64,000 bases of DNA from contig NC_086097.1 in the NCBI RefSeq assembly GCF_963921235.1, positions 198,030,001 to 198,094,000 of the forward strand, given 5' to 3'. Every line of letters begins with the position of its first letter. The stretch's first letter is position 1. This DNA comes from Mobula hypostoma (lineage: Eukaryota). A program made the translations under genes and the position numbers. Below the pieces are notes generated by a model. The model was not told where the DNA came from. It ran no database searches and saw nothing but the letters and a program-made list of their open reading frames with translations. This document shows positions 13,796 to 25,999 of the stretch, piece by piece.

Positions 13796-14689
13796 TAAGA
13801 TTCAAAGTTCAAAGTAAATTTTATTATCAAAGTACATATATGTCACGACATACAACCAACCCTGAGGTTCATCTTCTTGTGGATATATTTAGCAAATCTT
13901 AGAATAGTAACTATAACAGGATCAATGAAAGATCAATCAGAGTGCAGAAGAAAACAAACTGTGCAAATGCAATTATAAATAAACAGCAATAGATAACAAG
14001 AACATGAGATAATAAGATAAAGAGACCCTGAAAGTGTGGTCATTTGGTTGTGGGAACATTTCAATGATGGGGCAAAATGAAGTTGAGTGAAACTATCCCC
14101 TTTTATTCAAGAGCCTGACAGTTGAGAGGTAGTAACTGTTCTTGAACCTGGTGGTATGAGTCCTGAGGCTCTTGTACCTTCTATCTGATGGCAGCAATGA
14201 GAGAAGAGCATAGTCTGGGTGGTTAGGATCTCTGATGACGGATGCTGCTTTCCTAAAACAGCATTTCATATAGATGTTTTTAATGATTGGCAGGGCTTTA
14301 CCCGTGATGTGCTGGGCTGATTCCAATACTTTTTGTAGGATTTTCCATTTAAAGGCATTGGTGTTTCCATATCAGGCTGTGATGCCGCCAGTCAATATAC
14401 TCTTCACCACACACCTATCGAAGTTTGTCAAAGTTTTGTATGTCATGCTGAACCTTGGCAAACTCTTGAGGAAGTAGAGGCACTGGCATGCTTTCTTTGC
14501 ATGCTGGGTTCAGGACAGGTCTTCTGAAATAGTAACACTCAGGAATTTGAGGTTGCTAACCCTCTCCATCTCTGATCCTCCAATGAGGGTTGGGGCATGG
14601 ACCTTTGCTTTCCTTCTCCAGAAGTATATAATCAGTTCCTTGATCTTGCTGACATTGAGAGAGAGAGAGATAGATAGCGGGAGATAGAG

Positions 14690-14741
<52 letters not shown>

Positions 14742-14945
14742 AGAGATTGATTGTTGTTAATGCACCATTCAGTTCTCCTTCTATATGCTGATTCATCACC
14801 ACCTTTGGTTTAGTCATTGACAGTGGTGTTATCAGCAAACTAAATATGGCATTGGAGCTGCACTTAGCCACACAGTCATAAGTGTAAAGCGAGTGGAGCA
14901 GGGGGACTAAGCACACAATCTTGTGGTGCACTTGTGCTGATGGAG
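13796..14945 (-). mobile_element. Rex/Babar LINE 3' part
   Basis: ORF 14093-14326 LLPSDRRYKSLRTHTTRFKNSY; (TTTGAAC)n tail at ~13801-13815. Confidence 0.85.
14657..14746. repeat. (GA)n/(GATA) microsatellite
   Basis: Read directly. Confidence 0.9.
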
Positions 14946-15266
14946 ATCATGGCAAGAAAAAGTGAAGAGAGCAAGTGCTGGAAAAAGTGTTATGCCTCCT
15001 GTGGTGCAGGGTATGTGCCAGGAGGTATGGATGAGATGGTGGGGAGAAATGAATGGACCAGGAAGTCATGGGGCAAGTGGTCCCTGTGGAAAACAGAAGG
15101 CTTAGAAGAGGGGAGAATATGACTGGTAGTGGGATCACATTGGTGGAAGATGATGTGTTGGATGAGTAGGCTGGTGGGGAGATAGGCAACGACTAAGAGA
15201 ATTCTGCTGCACTCTCTTGGGCCTCCACACATGCTGCTTAATCTACTGAGATTTTCCAGCTTTCTG

Positions 15267-15344
15267 AATGCAGCAAGCCAGGCAGCATTATTTATGTGTG
15301 TTGCTTGAATTTCCAGCATCTGCAGATTTCCTCGTGTTTGCGTC
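15267..15344. mobile_element. 78 bp PLE-terminus insertion with an internal inversion
   Basis: Flanked by a perfect 13 bp direct repeat TTCCAGCTTTCTG (15254-15266, 15345-15357). Confidence 0.75.
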
Positions 15345-16909
15345 TTCCAGCTTTCTGTTTTTTTTGTGCCAGGTTTCAGATTCTGCAGGCTCTTTTGTCT
15401 TTGACTTTCTAAGTAGCGTGCTTTGGTGTAACTTAATGCAGTGCATATACCCATTAAATTATTTGTTATTGCTATCAGCACAAAAATCATGTTTTAAATA
15501 GCATTGTGCTTGTATGGGATCCTTTATGTGCTGATCTTCAAGGCTTGTTGCTCTCACTACTAGTCTCAGACATCAAAAACCTGCCATCTTACTCAAATCA
15601 GTTTTTGTTGTTAATGTTAAAAAAACTGATACCACATAGATTCTAATCCATTGTTACCTAGCAACGATATCTTTTGAAGTTGCTATAGGTTGACTTGAAG
15701 TAGGTTTCTCAACCATTATATGTAATGTGATACAAAGCCAATATAAGTCATTGAAAACATTATGGACCACAAATACTTTCAGAAATGGAGTGAAATAGAT
15801 AGTGTTTTCTTTTCAGCAGCATCATTCCCCTTAATCCATAATCATGCTACACAAACATAGACAGAGACAGTGTTTATTTAGAAACAATAGTTAAAGTAAG
15901 TTAAATATGCTAATAGGGTCAGAGCATATTTGTATCAAATATCATATCAACAAATTTCATCTGTAATAATTAAAATAACAAGAACTATCATTTAGAAGCA
16001 TTTAGAAGTACTGTATATGGATGCTCTCAAGTTTGTTTATTTTTATAAAAGCTTTCAAAATATAATTAGATTAATCTTTTTTTTGAAAATAGCCATCTAG
16101 TTTATTAATAGTACACTATTTAAAATGAGTTCTAATTGGCTATTGAGTTTATTATCTTTTGACACCCCTGGTCACATTAACATCCAATGGACTGATGGGA
16201 AAATAACTACTAATTGTACACTTCAGCAGAGAGCATCTCATTTATAATCTACTCCATTTAATTGTATGGTTGTGCTTGTTTTAAAGCCAAACCTTGTCCT
16301 GTATGCTATTTTTAATATAACTTGCTTTTGGTAATGCAAGTACTTTGTGTTTATAGCAATACGTGTTATGTCATTTTAAGTGTAGAATAAAAAGGGTAAT
16401 TTCACTTTAAGTGTGTGGTAATGTCTGTGTCATTCTCAACGCATGGTAGTAGAAGTTAAATGTAAAATAATAAGTTATTGGGAGCAAATTTTAACACCTC
16501 CTCTTTGCTTAGTTTCTGTACAGTTGAGATAAAATTTGAGCATTAGTCTTAGCTTCGACAGATTCTGTTAACTGTAATGTAAATTTTAAATGCTAAGGGC
16601 CTCTCAGTTGAAATTGGTCAGATCTTTGCTTAAAAATAAAGATTGGGTTGTACTGATGTACATACTAACTCCAGGCCCCCAAAGTGAAGTCTTTATTGGT
16701 TTGTTCCTAAACACTACAGTAGCATTGTCGATCTTTTACTGGACTCTTGTAATACAGGGATCTAGACTAATGATCCTGAATAGATTTCAGTACCTACCAC
16801 TGGCTGCAAGTAAGTTTAACCTGTTAATTAAATTTATCAGTAATATAACCCTGAAGTTATTGGATGATCATAAACAACTAGCTAGCTCAATGGTACCATT
16901 TGGAATGGA

Positions 16910-17057
16910 AATCCGTACTTACCCTGTGTGTACTCCAGACCCAGAGCAATGGTTGAGTTTTAAATGTTCTAACATACCGCATGGTGCCTTCTCAAGAGAA
17001 ACTCAGGATACACAATTAATGCTGGCAGCCATGTCTTGGTAATGAATTAAAAAAAAA
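16910..17057 (+). mobile_element. Ancient LINE 3' end remnant
   Basis: Ends ...CAATTAATGCTGGC...AATGAATTAAAAAAAAA, resembling old shark LINE/SINE tails as I recall them. Confidence 0.45.
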
Positions 17058-17504
17058 CTCCGCTAGCAATAAAATGAGTTAGAAGTTATCTAGAACATTT
17101 GGTCTTTCCCTCCAACCTATCATCCCCTGATATTTCCATGAATACTTCCTTAATACTATAAACCATTCCTTTCATCTTCAGCACATAACATCTCATGCCT
17201 GATAATAAGTCACCTTCCTATTCCTTCTGGTTTTGGATGAGATAATGCTGAAAAACTTAAATATTGCCTGGTTATTGACGAAATTTCCACTTCTTAGGGA
17301 CTGAGGCATTAAACAATTAAAAACAATATTCATAATTAATTGTGATAATAAAATACTAATATGTTAAACAATAGAATGTAGGACATCTTGTTTTTATTAC
17401 TTTCAATGATCTTGGGTATTCACGTCACTCCTTGGGCTTACTTCTCCCAATGTCTGTAACCTTCACTAGCCCTCTGCGAATGCATGGCCTTTCCGTAGAA
17501 AGAG

Positions 17505-18200
17505 TTAAGTGCAGCAAGTTCTAGGGAGTTCACATCATGGATGACCTCACTCGGTCCCTTAACGTCATCTCCCCGAACAAGAAGGTACAGCAGCGCCTCC
17601 ACTTCCTAAGATGATTGAGGCAAGCAAGGCTCCCACCTCCATTTTAACTGCGTTTTATAGGCGCTCTACTGAGAGAGTACAGCCTCCCCATCTAGTGTGG
17701 GAGCAGCTGAGCATTGGACCAGAAATCCCTACAAAGGACTGTGAAAACAGCCGAGAGGATCATAGGGGTCTCCCTACCATCCATCAGGGACATTTATCAG
17801 GAGCGCTGCATACACGGGGTCCTTAGTATTATTAAGGATCCCACCCATCCATCCGGCATCCTCTGACTTTCTACCACCAGGCAGGAGACTACGGTGCATA
17901 AAAACAAGAACGGTCAGGTTGAGAAACAGTTTCTTCCCCCAGGCCGCATTGTATTCGAAGTGTCACTGGTTAATCTGTTCTGCACCTTACAATGTTTAAT
18001 ATTAATGCACTTTTGTTTGTTATTTACATGTGATCCATCTGTAGATTTTTTCCTTACCTCATAAGTTATTGTGTATTATGTGTGCTGCTGTACTTTACAC
18101 CCGTTTTGGAGGAACGTTGTCTTCTTTCTATATCCATTAAATGGTTATATCAGTTATACACACGTAAATAGTTACATGACAATAAACTTCACTTGTCTTG
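17505..18200 (+). mobile_element. Rex/Babar LINE 3' part, decayed
   Basis: KFLGVHI, QQRLHFL, IIKDPTHP, LPPGRRLR and NSFFPQA fragments; AATAAAC-CTTGA-type tail. Confidence 0.85.
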
Positions 18201-19149
18201 ACTGCAATATATTTAACCTTGCTTTCCCCCAATTCCAGCTGCTTGTTCATTTCCCTGTGTCCCTCACTCCGCCAGTGGCCTTCACATGAATATTACCAAA
18301 CTGCTTCATTTAACTAAATGCTGAACTTGCACATTCGGATTTTTTTTTAATTTGATGAGATACTGCAAAGCAATGGATATTTGTACAAATATACCCTGTT
18401 GGAAGAGCAAGATCGCTGTAATGCACAAAGTAATATTATTGCACATGAGCCAGAACGAATAAAGTTGTCACAAGCTATTCTGTAGCTATGCGATGTAATT
18501 TCAGACAGATTTAAATCTGAGCGAGGGACGAGTTGGTTAGTGCCATGGAAGTTAGGCCACATTATAAATGACCTGGTTAAGAGGGGACTCGCTAAATATT
18601 GTCAGTGCAAAAATACTGGGTGCCTTCTGAGTCAAATAGCGGTCACCAGGCATGTGTTTGGATTCCTTTCTTGTTTCTGTAATCATTTCTTTTTTTCCAG
18701 AAGGCTGATGATGCAATAGGCATTATCCCACTTTCGGAGCTTCACTCGTCCTTCTTCCTGCCGCTGCTGGGATTCTTCTGTTCGTTCCAGACCTAGTCTG
18801 CCCCATTGCCTAAAGTGAGGCACTCACTGCTCTACAGTGCAGTTTAATATTTTTTTTATTGGCCTTCTCCCTCTGCGTGAAAGAATGGCTAATGTTGAAT
18901 TGAGGCTCTGTGAATATGTACATCTCAAAACTCCACATACATCAATATTAACCCATGAGCAGTCTCCCCCATTCAACACCATTTTATGACAAATCTCTGT
19001 TAAAAACATGATCAACCTTTGCAAAAATAGAGGGAGATATATAGAGAATATGTCTTTTTCTTTTGCCTTGGTGGGTAATCAATGTGGTTAAAGAAAACAC
19101 TAATTTGAAGTAGATTAATTTACGTTTACTTTAATCACAACTGTTAATG

Positions 19150-19520
19150 GCAATTAGTTGAAAGTGCTATTTTAATGAAATGAAACATCCTAAAGCTTTT
19201 CAAAGGAGCATCATTAAACAAAAAGTAATACCATGCCTCAGAAAGGGATATTAGAGCAAAATAATAAAATTTTGCCCGATATTATAAGTTTTAAGATGCA
19301 TTTTAAAGGAGAGGAGAAGCATAGAGAGGTAGAATGCTGCAGGAACGGAATTCAAGAACCAGCAATGTTCAAGCAATTGAACTTGGAGATGACGAACATC
19401 CCATATATCTTAAAGGATTAAAGGACTTGAGGAAACTACATTGATAGAAAAATGCACCACAATGGAAGCAGTTAAAAGATAGGGATTTTAAAATCAAGGT
19501 TTGTTAAAATGGAACCAGAG
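19150..19520 (-). mobile_element. Ancient L2-like LINE 3' remnant
   Basis: aaacatcctaaagc...gttttaagatgcattttaaaggagaggag...gaattcaagaa resembles old L2 3' ends (recalled pattern). Confidence 0.45.
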
Positions 19521-21249
19521 TAACCCTTCATGCTGCCATTCCTGAACGATTCAACCTCTTGTAGATTGTTGTTCATGTCAGAGAGTAAAATTCAAACCAT
19601 ACTTTTAAAAGTACAGTTTTCTTTTTGGACTTCCACTGTCATTCATTATTCATTTTATAATTTATTGCTTTGTCCAGGTTGAAGATATGGTTCCTTACAA
19701 CATGCGTTTGCTGTTATTGATATTTAAAAAGAGATTTACTTCAATGGTTCTGGTGCATTTACAGGAGTACCCTGTTACGTCTGTAACACGTAATCCATAA
19801 CCGTTATTAAGTAATGATCATCTGTTGATTTTGGAAGGTCAGTTTCAGTTACAGTCTCTCAATGAGCAGCTCAATCAATATAGAGAATCATTATGTTAAA
19901 AATGGTTAGAGGATACTAATCACCTTCAATAAACAACAAGACAAATGCCAAACAAGACAAACCATTATAATGAAAAATATCTGCAGTTTACTTGTCATCT
20001 AACTCATTCAAATAGATTAATATCCTAAATTCACTGAGAACCACCTGGCTGTACTTATAATATGAGCATGATGCTGAATTAGTAATAGATTGTCTGGCTT
20101 CATTAAAAACTACATGTAATGAGCAAGTTCGTACTGCATTGAACCAAATAATTTCTCTGCTGCTAAACCTTGAGGGAGAGTCATGCCAGAAGGTGAAGTG
20201 AGATGGAATTGATACATGCATAGAATAGATGTTGTGGGGATCGAGGATGTTATAGAAATTTGTCTTAAAAGATCAAATAGTTGGGGTTCATGAGAATATA
20301 GCTTAATTGCCTCTAATAAAATGCACACATCAAAAAATAAGATGGTTATAATATAGACCTATGAGTTAGTCTTTCATTAAGATAACAAATTAATGTTACC
20401 TCAACATTTTATAATTGGAATATAAATAATACACTCCATAATAAAGAATTCAGGACAAACTATACACAGAGTAGTGACAATATTGTATGCACTGTAATGT
20501 AAAGTGATCAGGTTGCTTAACGCTTTTAAGAGGAATTTAAATAAATGCAGAAGGAAGAGAGGATCGGAAGGTTATACTTATTGAAAATGATGAGGTGGAA
20601 GGGCTCTTGTGTGGAGCAATAACACCTGCATAGATCATTTAGGTTGAGCAGCCTATTGAAAAAAGTCTAGAGGATTTACAAAATGGAAAGAATTATACTT
20701 GAAGGTCAAATTTATGATGAAGCTTTTCTTCAGCATGCATCTTTTCTTTGGCACAATATGAACTGCATACATCTATAAACCCTTTAAGTGAGCTTTAAAA
20801 TTCTACATTTTTTCTGCTTTTAAAAATAATATATTAAAAAATAAAAATGTCTACTAAAATCTGAAGACTGCCTTAAAGATCTTTACTTTGCATCAAATAG
20901 CATGGTAAAATTCAATCTAGACTTCAGTTTTTATTAAATAGATATCTTGTGTGCTGTTCAGATTTAAGTCCACTTTTAATCTTTGATAGTTTGTCAATTC
21001 TGCTGAACAGGTGATTTTTGTCCTTTGTCTTGGCTCATGGTGCACGCAAATCCAAATGAGAAGAGAACATTAAATGTTTGAATTCTTTCCAATTTACAGA
21101 CTGCATTTGTAAGGCAAATTTTCTGCATTAGCTAGCAATTCTTAACTGTGGTTGCCAAATCCTAAGCAAATGTGATGAGTTTTTTAATGTAATGAGATTT
21201 TTTTATTATTCGGCAGAGGAGATGCAGATGTTATTCATGCAGCTGAGTG

Positions 21250-22200
21250 TCATAGGTTTGTACACCACAGATACAGATCATTTGATTCATTGTGTCAATG
21301 CCAACTATCAAATCCCGGTTTCCTGCAATTGGTTGCAACCTTCGATGTCTCAGTGATTTAAATACTTGTCTAAATATTTTATAAATGTTGTGAGAGAATC
21401 AGCCTGCCCCTCCATTCAGGTTTCAACCACCTTCTGGGTGAAGAACTTATTTCTCAAACCCCCTCTGAAGCTTTTAGCTCTCTGTCTAAATATCTACCCT
21501 CTTGTTTAGCCACCTCTTTTAGGAGTAAAATTTCCTACCTCTTCATGCCTATGTTTTGTAGCTGTCTATCAGGTCCTTCCCTTCCATCTTCTCATAGTCT
21601 CATATACTCTCAGGAAGACATACCCAGTCCATTTAGTTTCTCTTCATAACTGCAACACTCCATCTCAGACAACATCCTAGTGAATCTTTGCACCCTACGT
21701 CCTCTGAAGTAACAAGAAGTGCACACAGGACTGCAACAGCAGCCTAAACAACATTTTATGAAGTTGTACTGTGACCTCCCAGCTCTGGTATTCTATGTTC
21801 CACTTAATGAAAACAAATACTCTACAGCTCTCCTCAGCACCTTATCCACCTGTGCTACCACCTTTAGAAACCTGGAACTTCCACACCAAGGTCTCTCTGT
21901 TCCCCCAGTACTGACTATGGCTCTACCAGTCATTATGTATACCCTACCCTTATTAGTCACTCCTAAATGCAACATCTTGCACCTATCCAAATTAAATTAC
22001 AATTGCCATTATTCAGCTCATTTTACCAACAGATTAGTATTGTCTTGTAGCCTACTGTTATCCTACTTACTTTCAACAACACCACCAATATTTATGCCAT
22101 CCATAAATACTAACCAGATCCTCTGCTTCTTGATATCAAGCTAATATTAGATTAAATTTGCCAAATAACCTTGTATCCTATGGACCATAACCTTGCGGAC
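21250..22200 (-). mobile_element. Old CR1 3' part
   Basis: CKMLHLG and LKVVAQVDKV fragments; CR1-type 3'UTR. Confidence 0.75.
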
Positions 22201-23477
22201 CATTAAATTATCATGAACATTTTCCTCATTGCCTTCCCTTTACTTTCCACTTTAGCCAGTCTTTTTAAAAGCAGTTGTCTTTGTTACTGTTACATACTTA
22301 TATGGCCTGTAGATATTAAAGTTAATGAGCTTAGACTTGCTATTTCACTTTACTTTCACTCTTTCTTAATTTTCAGCTTCATCAGATCTGTCAAGACCTT
22401 GCACTTCTTAATTTGTTGGTCATTAAAGGTAAAAGGATTCAAAGGATGTTGTAGACTTAGAGTGTTGATGCTACAGTAAACAACTGACAATAAATATCAA
22501 ACTGTAAGGAGAAGTACTTTATTATGATTACAATTCCAAATTGAAAATCTTCACTTTATGACAACTCTGCTGATACTTGCATCTGGGTGATTTAACAAGC
22601 AGAAGGCAAAGTGGCTAGCCTCTTTATATAAACCAGGTGCTGAATCTGAGCAGTCTGCAGATGTACTGAACCTGAGCTTCACTGAGTGAAAACCTTAATG
22701 TTCAGTGTCTATGTCAGCAGTAAGAGCAATCACAGAAAGAAACAACACAATATTTACACAATACTTATAACAACACAAGTGACAAATATTAATTTTCATA
22801 CATCAAAGCAACATCAGTTGGTTGTGGCCCTTGTCATATTTTTCGATTATGTGCAGTCCTGTTCAATAATATCAAATCCATGTGATTTTTCTTTGCTATT
22901 AACTTATTTTAATTAAGTCACCTTTTACCATTTGCAGCACTGGACATGAGCCAGGACGAAGACAGGGAGGCAGGGAAGATTGTAAATTTGTTGATAGTTG
23001 GTGTATGTGATTAGGACAATATACCTTCATATTAAAACATGAAAAAAGCTTGGTATCTTGTCCAGAAAAAAAAAATTACTGATTCCTCTTCACTTAAAAG
23101 CTGTGTATTTATCAACGATGATAATGGTAAGGATGATAAATTTGATTTTTATGAACTTGTCAGCTTTTGGTAGGTCAATTTACCACTTTATGCTTTCCGT
23201 AATATAGGTAAGTGGTAGAATTTTGGGGCAGATATGGTGAGCTGTGGGAAAATAATATGGGATCAGTGTAGAGTTAGCGTAAATGGGCACTTGATGGCAT
23301 GTGCTTTCTTGGGTTTCAAGGGGGTGTGGCTGAGTGGGTAAAGAGCGCACTACCATACTGCATGACTACATTGCCATGATTCATTTCCCCACTGAGATGT
23401 TAGCGAGAGCTTTCTTACACATTACTCAATATATTCTTCACTTTTTGCGTATGAGCTACAGTGCGGTAATTGTTATT

Positions 23478-23800
23478 GAATCAGAATCTGAATCGGGCTT
23501 ATTATTTCTGACACATAGCGTGAAATTTGTTGTTTTGCAGCAGCAGCAGGGCTCAAAGTAATAAATAAATAAATATATAATGCAAAGAGAGAGCAAAAAT
23601 AGTGATGACCATTCAGAAATCTGATGGCAGAGGGGAAGAAGCACTTGATGATGAAATCACCTTTTGAAGATGCCCTTGATGCTGGGGAGGCTAGTGTTCA
23701 TCATACAGCTTTCTCCATTCCTGTGTAGTGACTCCTCCATACCAGATGATGATGCAACCAGTTAGCGTGCTCTCTGTGGTACATCTATGGAAATTTGATG
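23478..23800 (-). mobile_element. Rex/Babar LINE 3' fragment
   Basis: (TTCTGA)n-type tail at 23478-23495 and a matching 3'UTR. Confidence 0.75.
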
Positions 23801-23944
23801 GAACAGTTGCTATCTATGTTGGCTTTCCATAATTAACTCATCATTTACTTTGATGTATTTATTGTTATTTGCATTAAAGCCTATCAAATGTGTCCCCATA
23901 TAGCTACATTGTTTTAATTTGTATCTTTCTCAAATAGCAATGGC

Positions 23945-24395
23945 ATAAAACCATAAGTTACAGGAAAAGAATTAGGCCATCTGGCCCATTCAGTCTGCTT
24001 CGCCATTCAATCATGGCTGATCCTTTTTCCTGTCTCCTCCTCAACTCTAGTTCCCGGCCTTCTCCCTGTAACCTTTGATGCCATGTTCAATCAAGAACCT
24101 ACCAATCTCTGCCTAAAAATCACCCAATGACCTGGGCTCCACAGCTGCATGTGGCAACAAATTCCACAAACTCACCACCCTTTGGCTAAATGACTTTCTC
24201 TGCATCTCTATTCTGAGGCTGTGTGCTCTTGTTCTAGATTCTCTCACCATGGGAAACATCCTTTCCACATCTACTCTATCTAGGCCTTTCAACATTTGAA
24301 AGGTTTCAATGAGATCCCCCTCATCCTTCTGAAATCTAGTGAGTACAGACCCAGAGCCATCAAACGTTCCTTGTATGATAACCCATTCATTCATG
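23945..24395 (-). mobile_element. CR1 3' fragment
   Basis: GDLIETFQMLKGLDRVD...SQRVVSLWNLLP; same subfamily as 2268-2660. Confidence 0.9.
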
Positions 24396-24533
24396 GTGTA
24401 TTGGTTATCGGCAATCCTCAAGTATGAATTTATATTTAATAAGTTGAGAAAGATTATTTCTCAGAACTGTCATTATCATATTCATGTAATCCCACTATTA
24501 CTAGCTCCTCAGCCCGTTCTCCATCCTCTAGTA

Positions 24534-24615
24534 CAGGGGTTCCCAATCTTTTTTATGGTTTTATGTTCCCAACCAACACCTTTAAGCAGTATGGATGGTA
24601 GGTTGGGAACCCTTG
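24534..24615. mobile_element. hAT (Charlie-type) MITE, 82 bp
   Basis: Terminal inverted repeats (TIRs) CAGGGGTTCCCAA ... TTGGGAACCCTTG; 8 bp TSD CTCTAGTA (24526-24533) / CTCTAGGA (24616-24623). Confidence 0.8.
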
Positions 24616-25999
24616 CTCTAGGATAACCCCCCCCCCAAATATCAGACCATCTTTATTCTTTCTTTAATCTTTCTTTTAATTTTTTAAATGTAATATAATC
24701 CCTCATTACACTGCCAATGCTTATAGGAGATTGACTAAAATGTTGTTTGAACTTTACGATGAGTGACCCTAACCCAAATGTTTGTACGTTAATTAAAACA
24801 TCTCTCTTGTTGACTGCCAAGCAACATTTCACTAATCTTCAGACTAAGACAAAGCTTCCTGGAAAAAAAAAGGTCTATTTAGCAATTAGGTAGAAGACCA
24901 CTTGTGAACATTGGGTGCAGTGAGATTTTTTGGAGGGCAAACAGGAGTCAGATTTACCCCGTCTGATCCAAAAGATGCTGTTACTGTTAAGCAATACTGG
25001 GGACAACTTTTGTCCCTTTAATTTGGCTCTTACAATAACAATATGTTTCCATAGAAGGGAGGCTGAGGCAAACTTCTTTCTAACATAAAAATCATTAAAT
25101 GGCAAGTTTTATGATGCTCAAGACAATCTCTTAGGTCTGATAATGAATGTGTGACCTTCAACAAAAAGGCTCCAGAACTTGAATTTATTATGCTTGAAAG
25201 TATGATAGTAGGACAGGTTTTTCTAGTTTTATCTTATTATATGAATCAGTAAATACTGCAGTTTTTTTCTAAATTAGTGCAGAACCTAAAACATTATAAC
25301 TCACAGCCATGAGAACAGACATGATTATAAATATATAATGATCATTGCCTTTTGACTATTATGGAGAATAACTTAAGTAAAAGAATTGGGTCTAACTTTA
25401 TGTCATCCACTATTCTAATTTTTCTTAATTCATCTAAGTTATTTTCAGAGCTGTATTTTGATCACCATTTTTAAGTTGTCTGTTCATTCAATACCTGCGA
25501 TTTTGGCTTCACAGCTTTTGCTTCCTGTGCAAATATGTTTGGTACTTACCATGAGCACCTCCTATCTGAGGGCTACTTAACCATATAACAATTACAGCAC
25601 GGAAACAGGCCATCTCGGCCCTTCTAGTCTGTGACGAACTCTTACTCTCACCTAGTCCCACTTACCTGCACTCAGCCCATAACCTTCCATTCCTTTCCTG
25701 TCATTATATCTATCCAATTTAACTTTAAATGACAACATCGAATCTGCCTCAACCACTTCTGCTGGAAGCTCGTTCCACACAGCTACCACTCTCTGAGTAA
25801 AGAAGTTCCCCCTCATTTTACCCCTAAACTTTTGCCCTTTAACTCTCAACCCATGTCCTCTTGTTTGAATCTCCCCCACTCTCAATGGAAAAAACCTATC
25901 CACGTCAACTCTATTCGCCTCATAATTTTAAATATCTCTATCAAGTACCCCCTCAACCTTCTATGCTCCAAAGAATAAAGACCCAACTTGTTCAACCTT

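Larger units (their letters stand above)
13035..15410 (-). mobile_element. Old Penelope-like element in pieces (13035-13430, 13656-13795, 14945-15215), with a + strand terminus at 15225-15410
   Basis: Minus strand gives PKQPFSVRQGF...NLIYSIWCSRC (GIY-YIG start) and FHRDHL...PPGTYP (RT-endonuclease linker). Two Rex/Babar insertions interrupt it. Confidence 0.7.

Noticed and set aside
16590..17042. 150 aa ORF in non-repetitive-looking DNA
   Set aside because: No recognisable motif, composition typical of AT-rich non-coding DNA, and the 3' third overlaps an old LINE tail.
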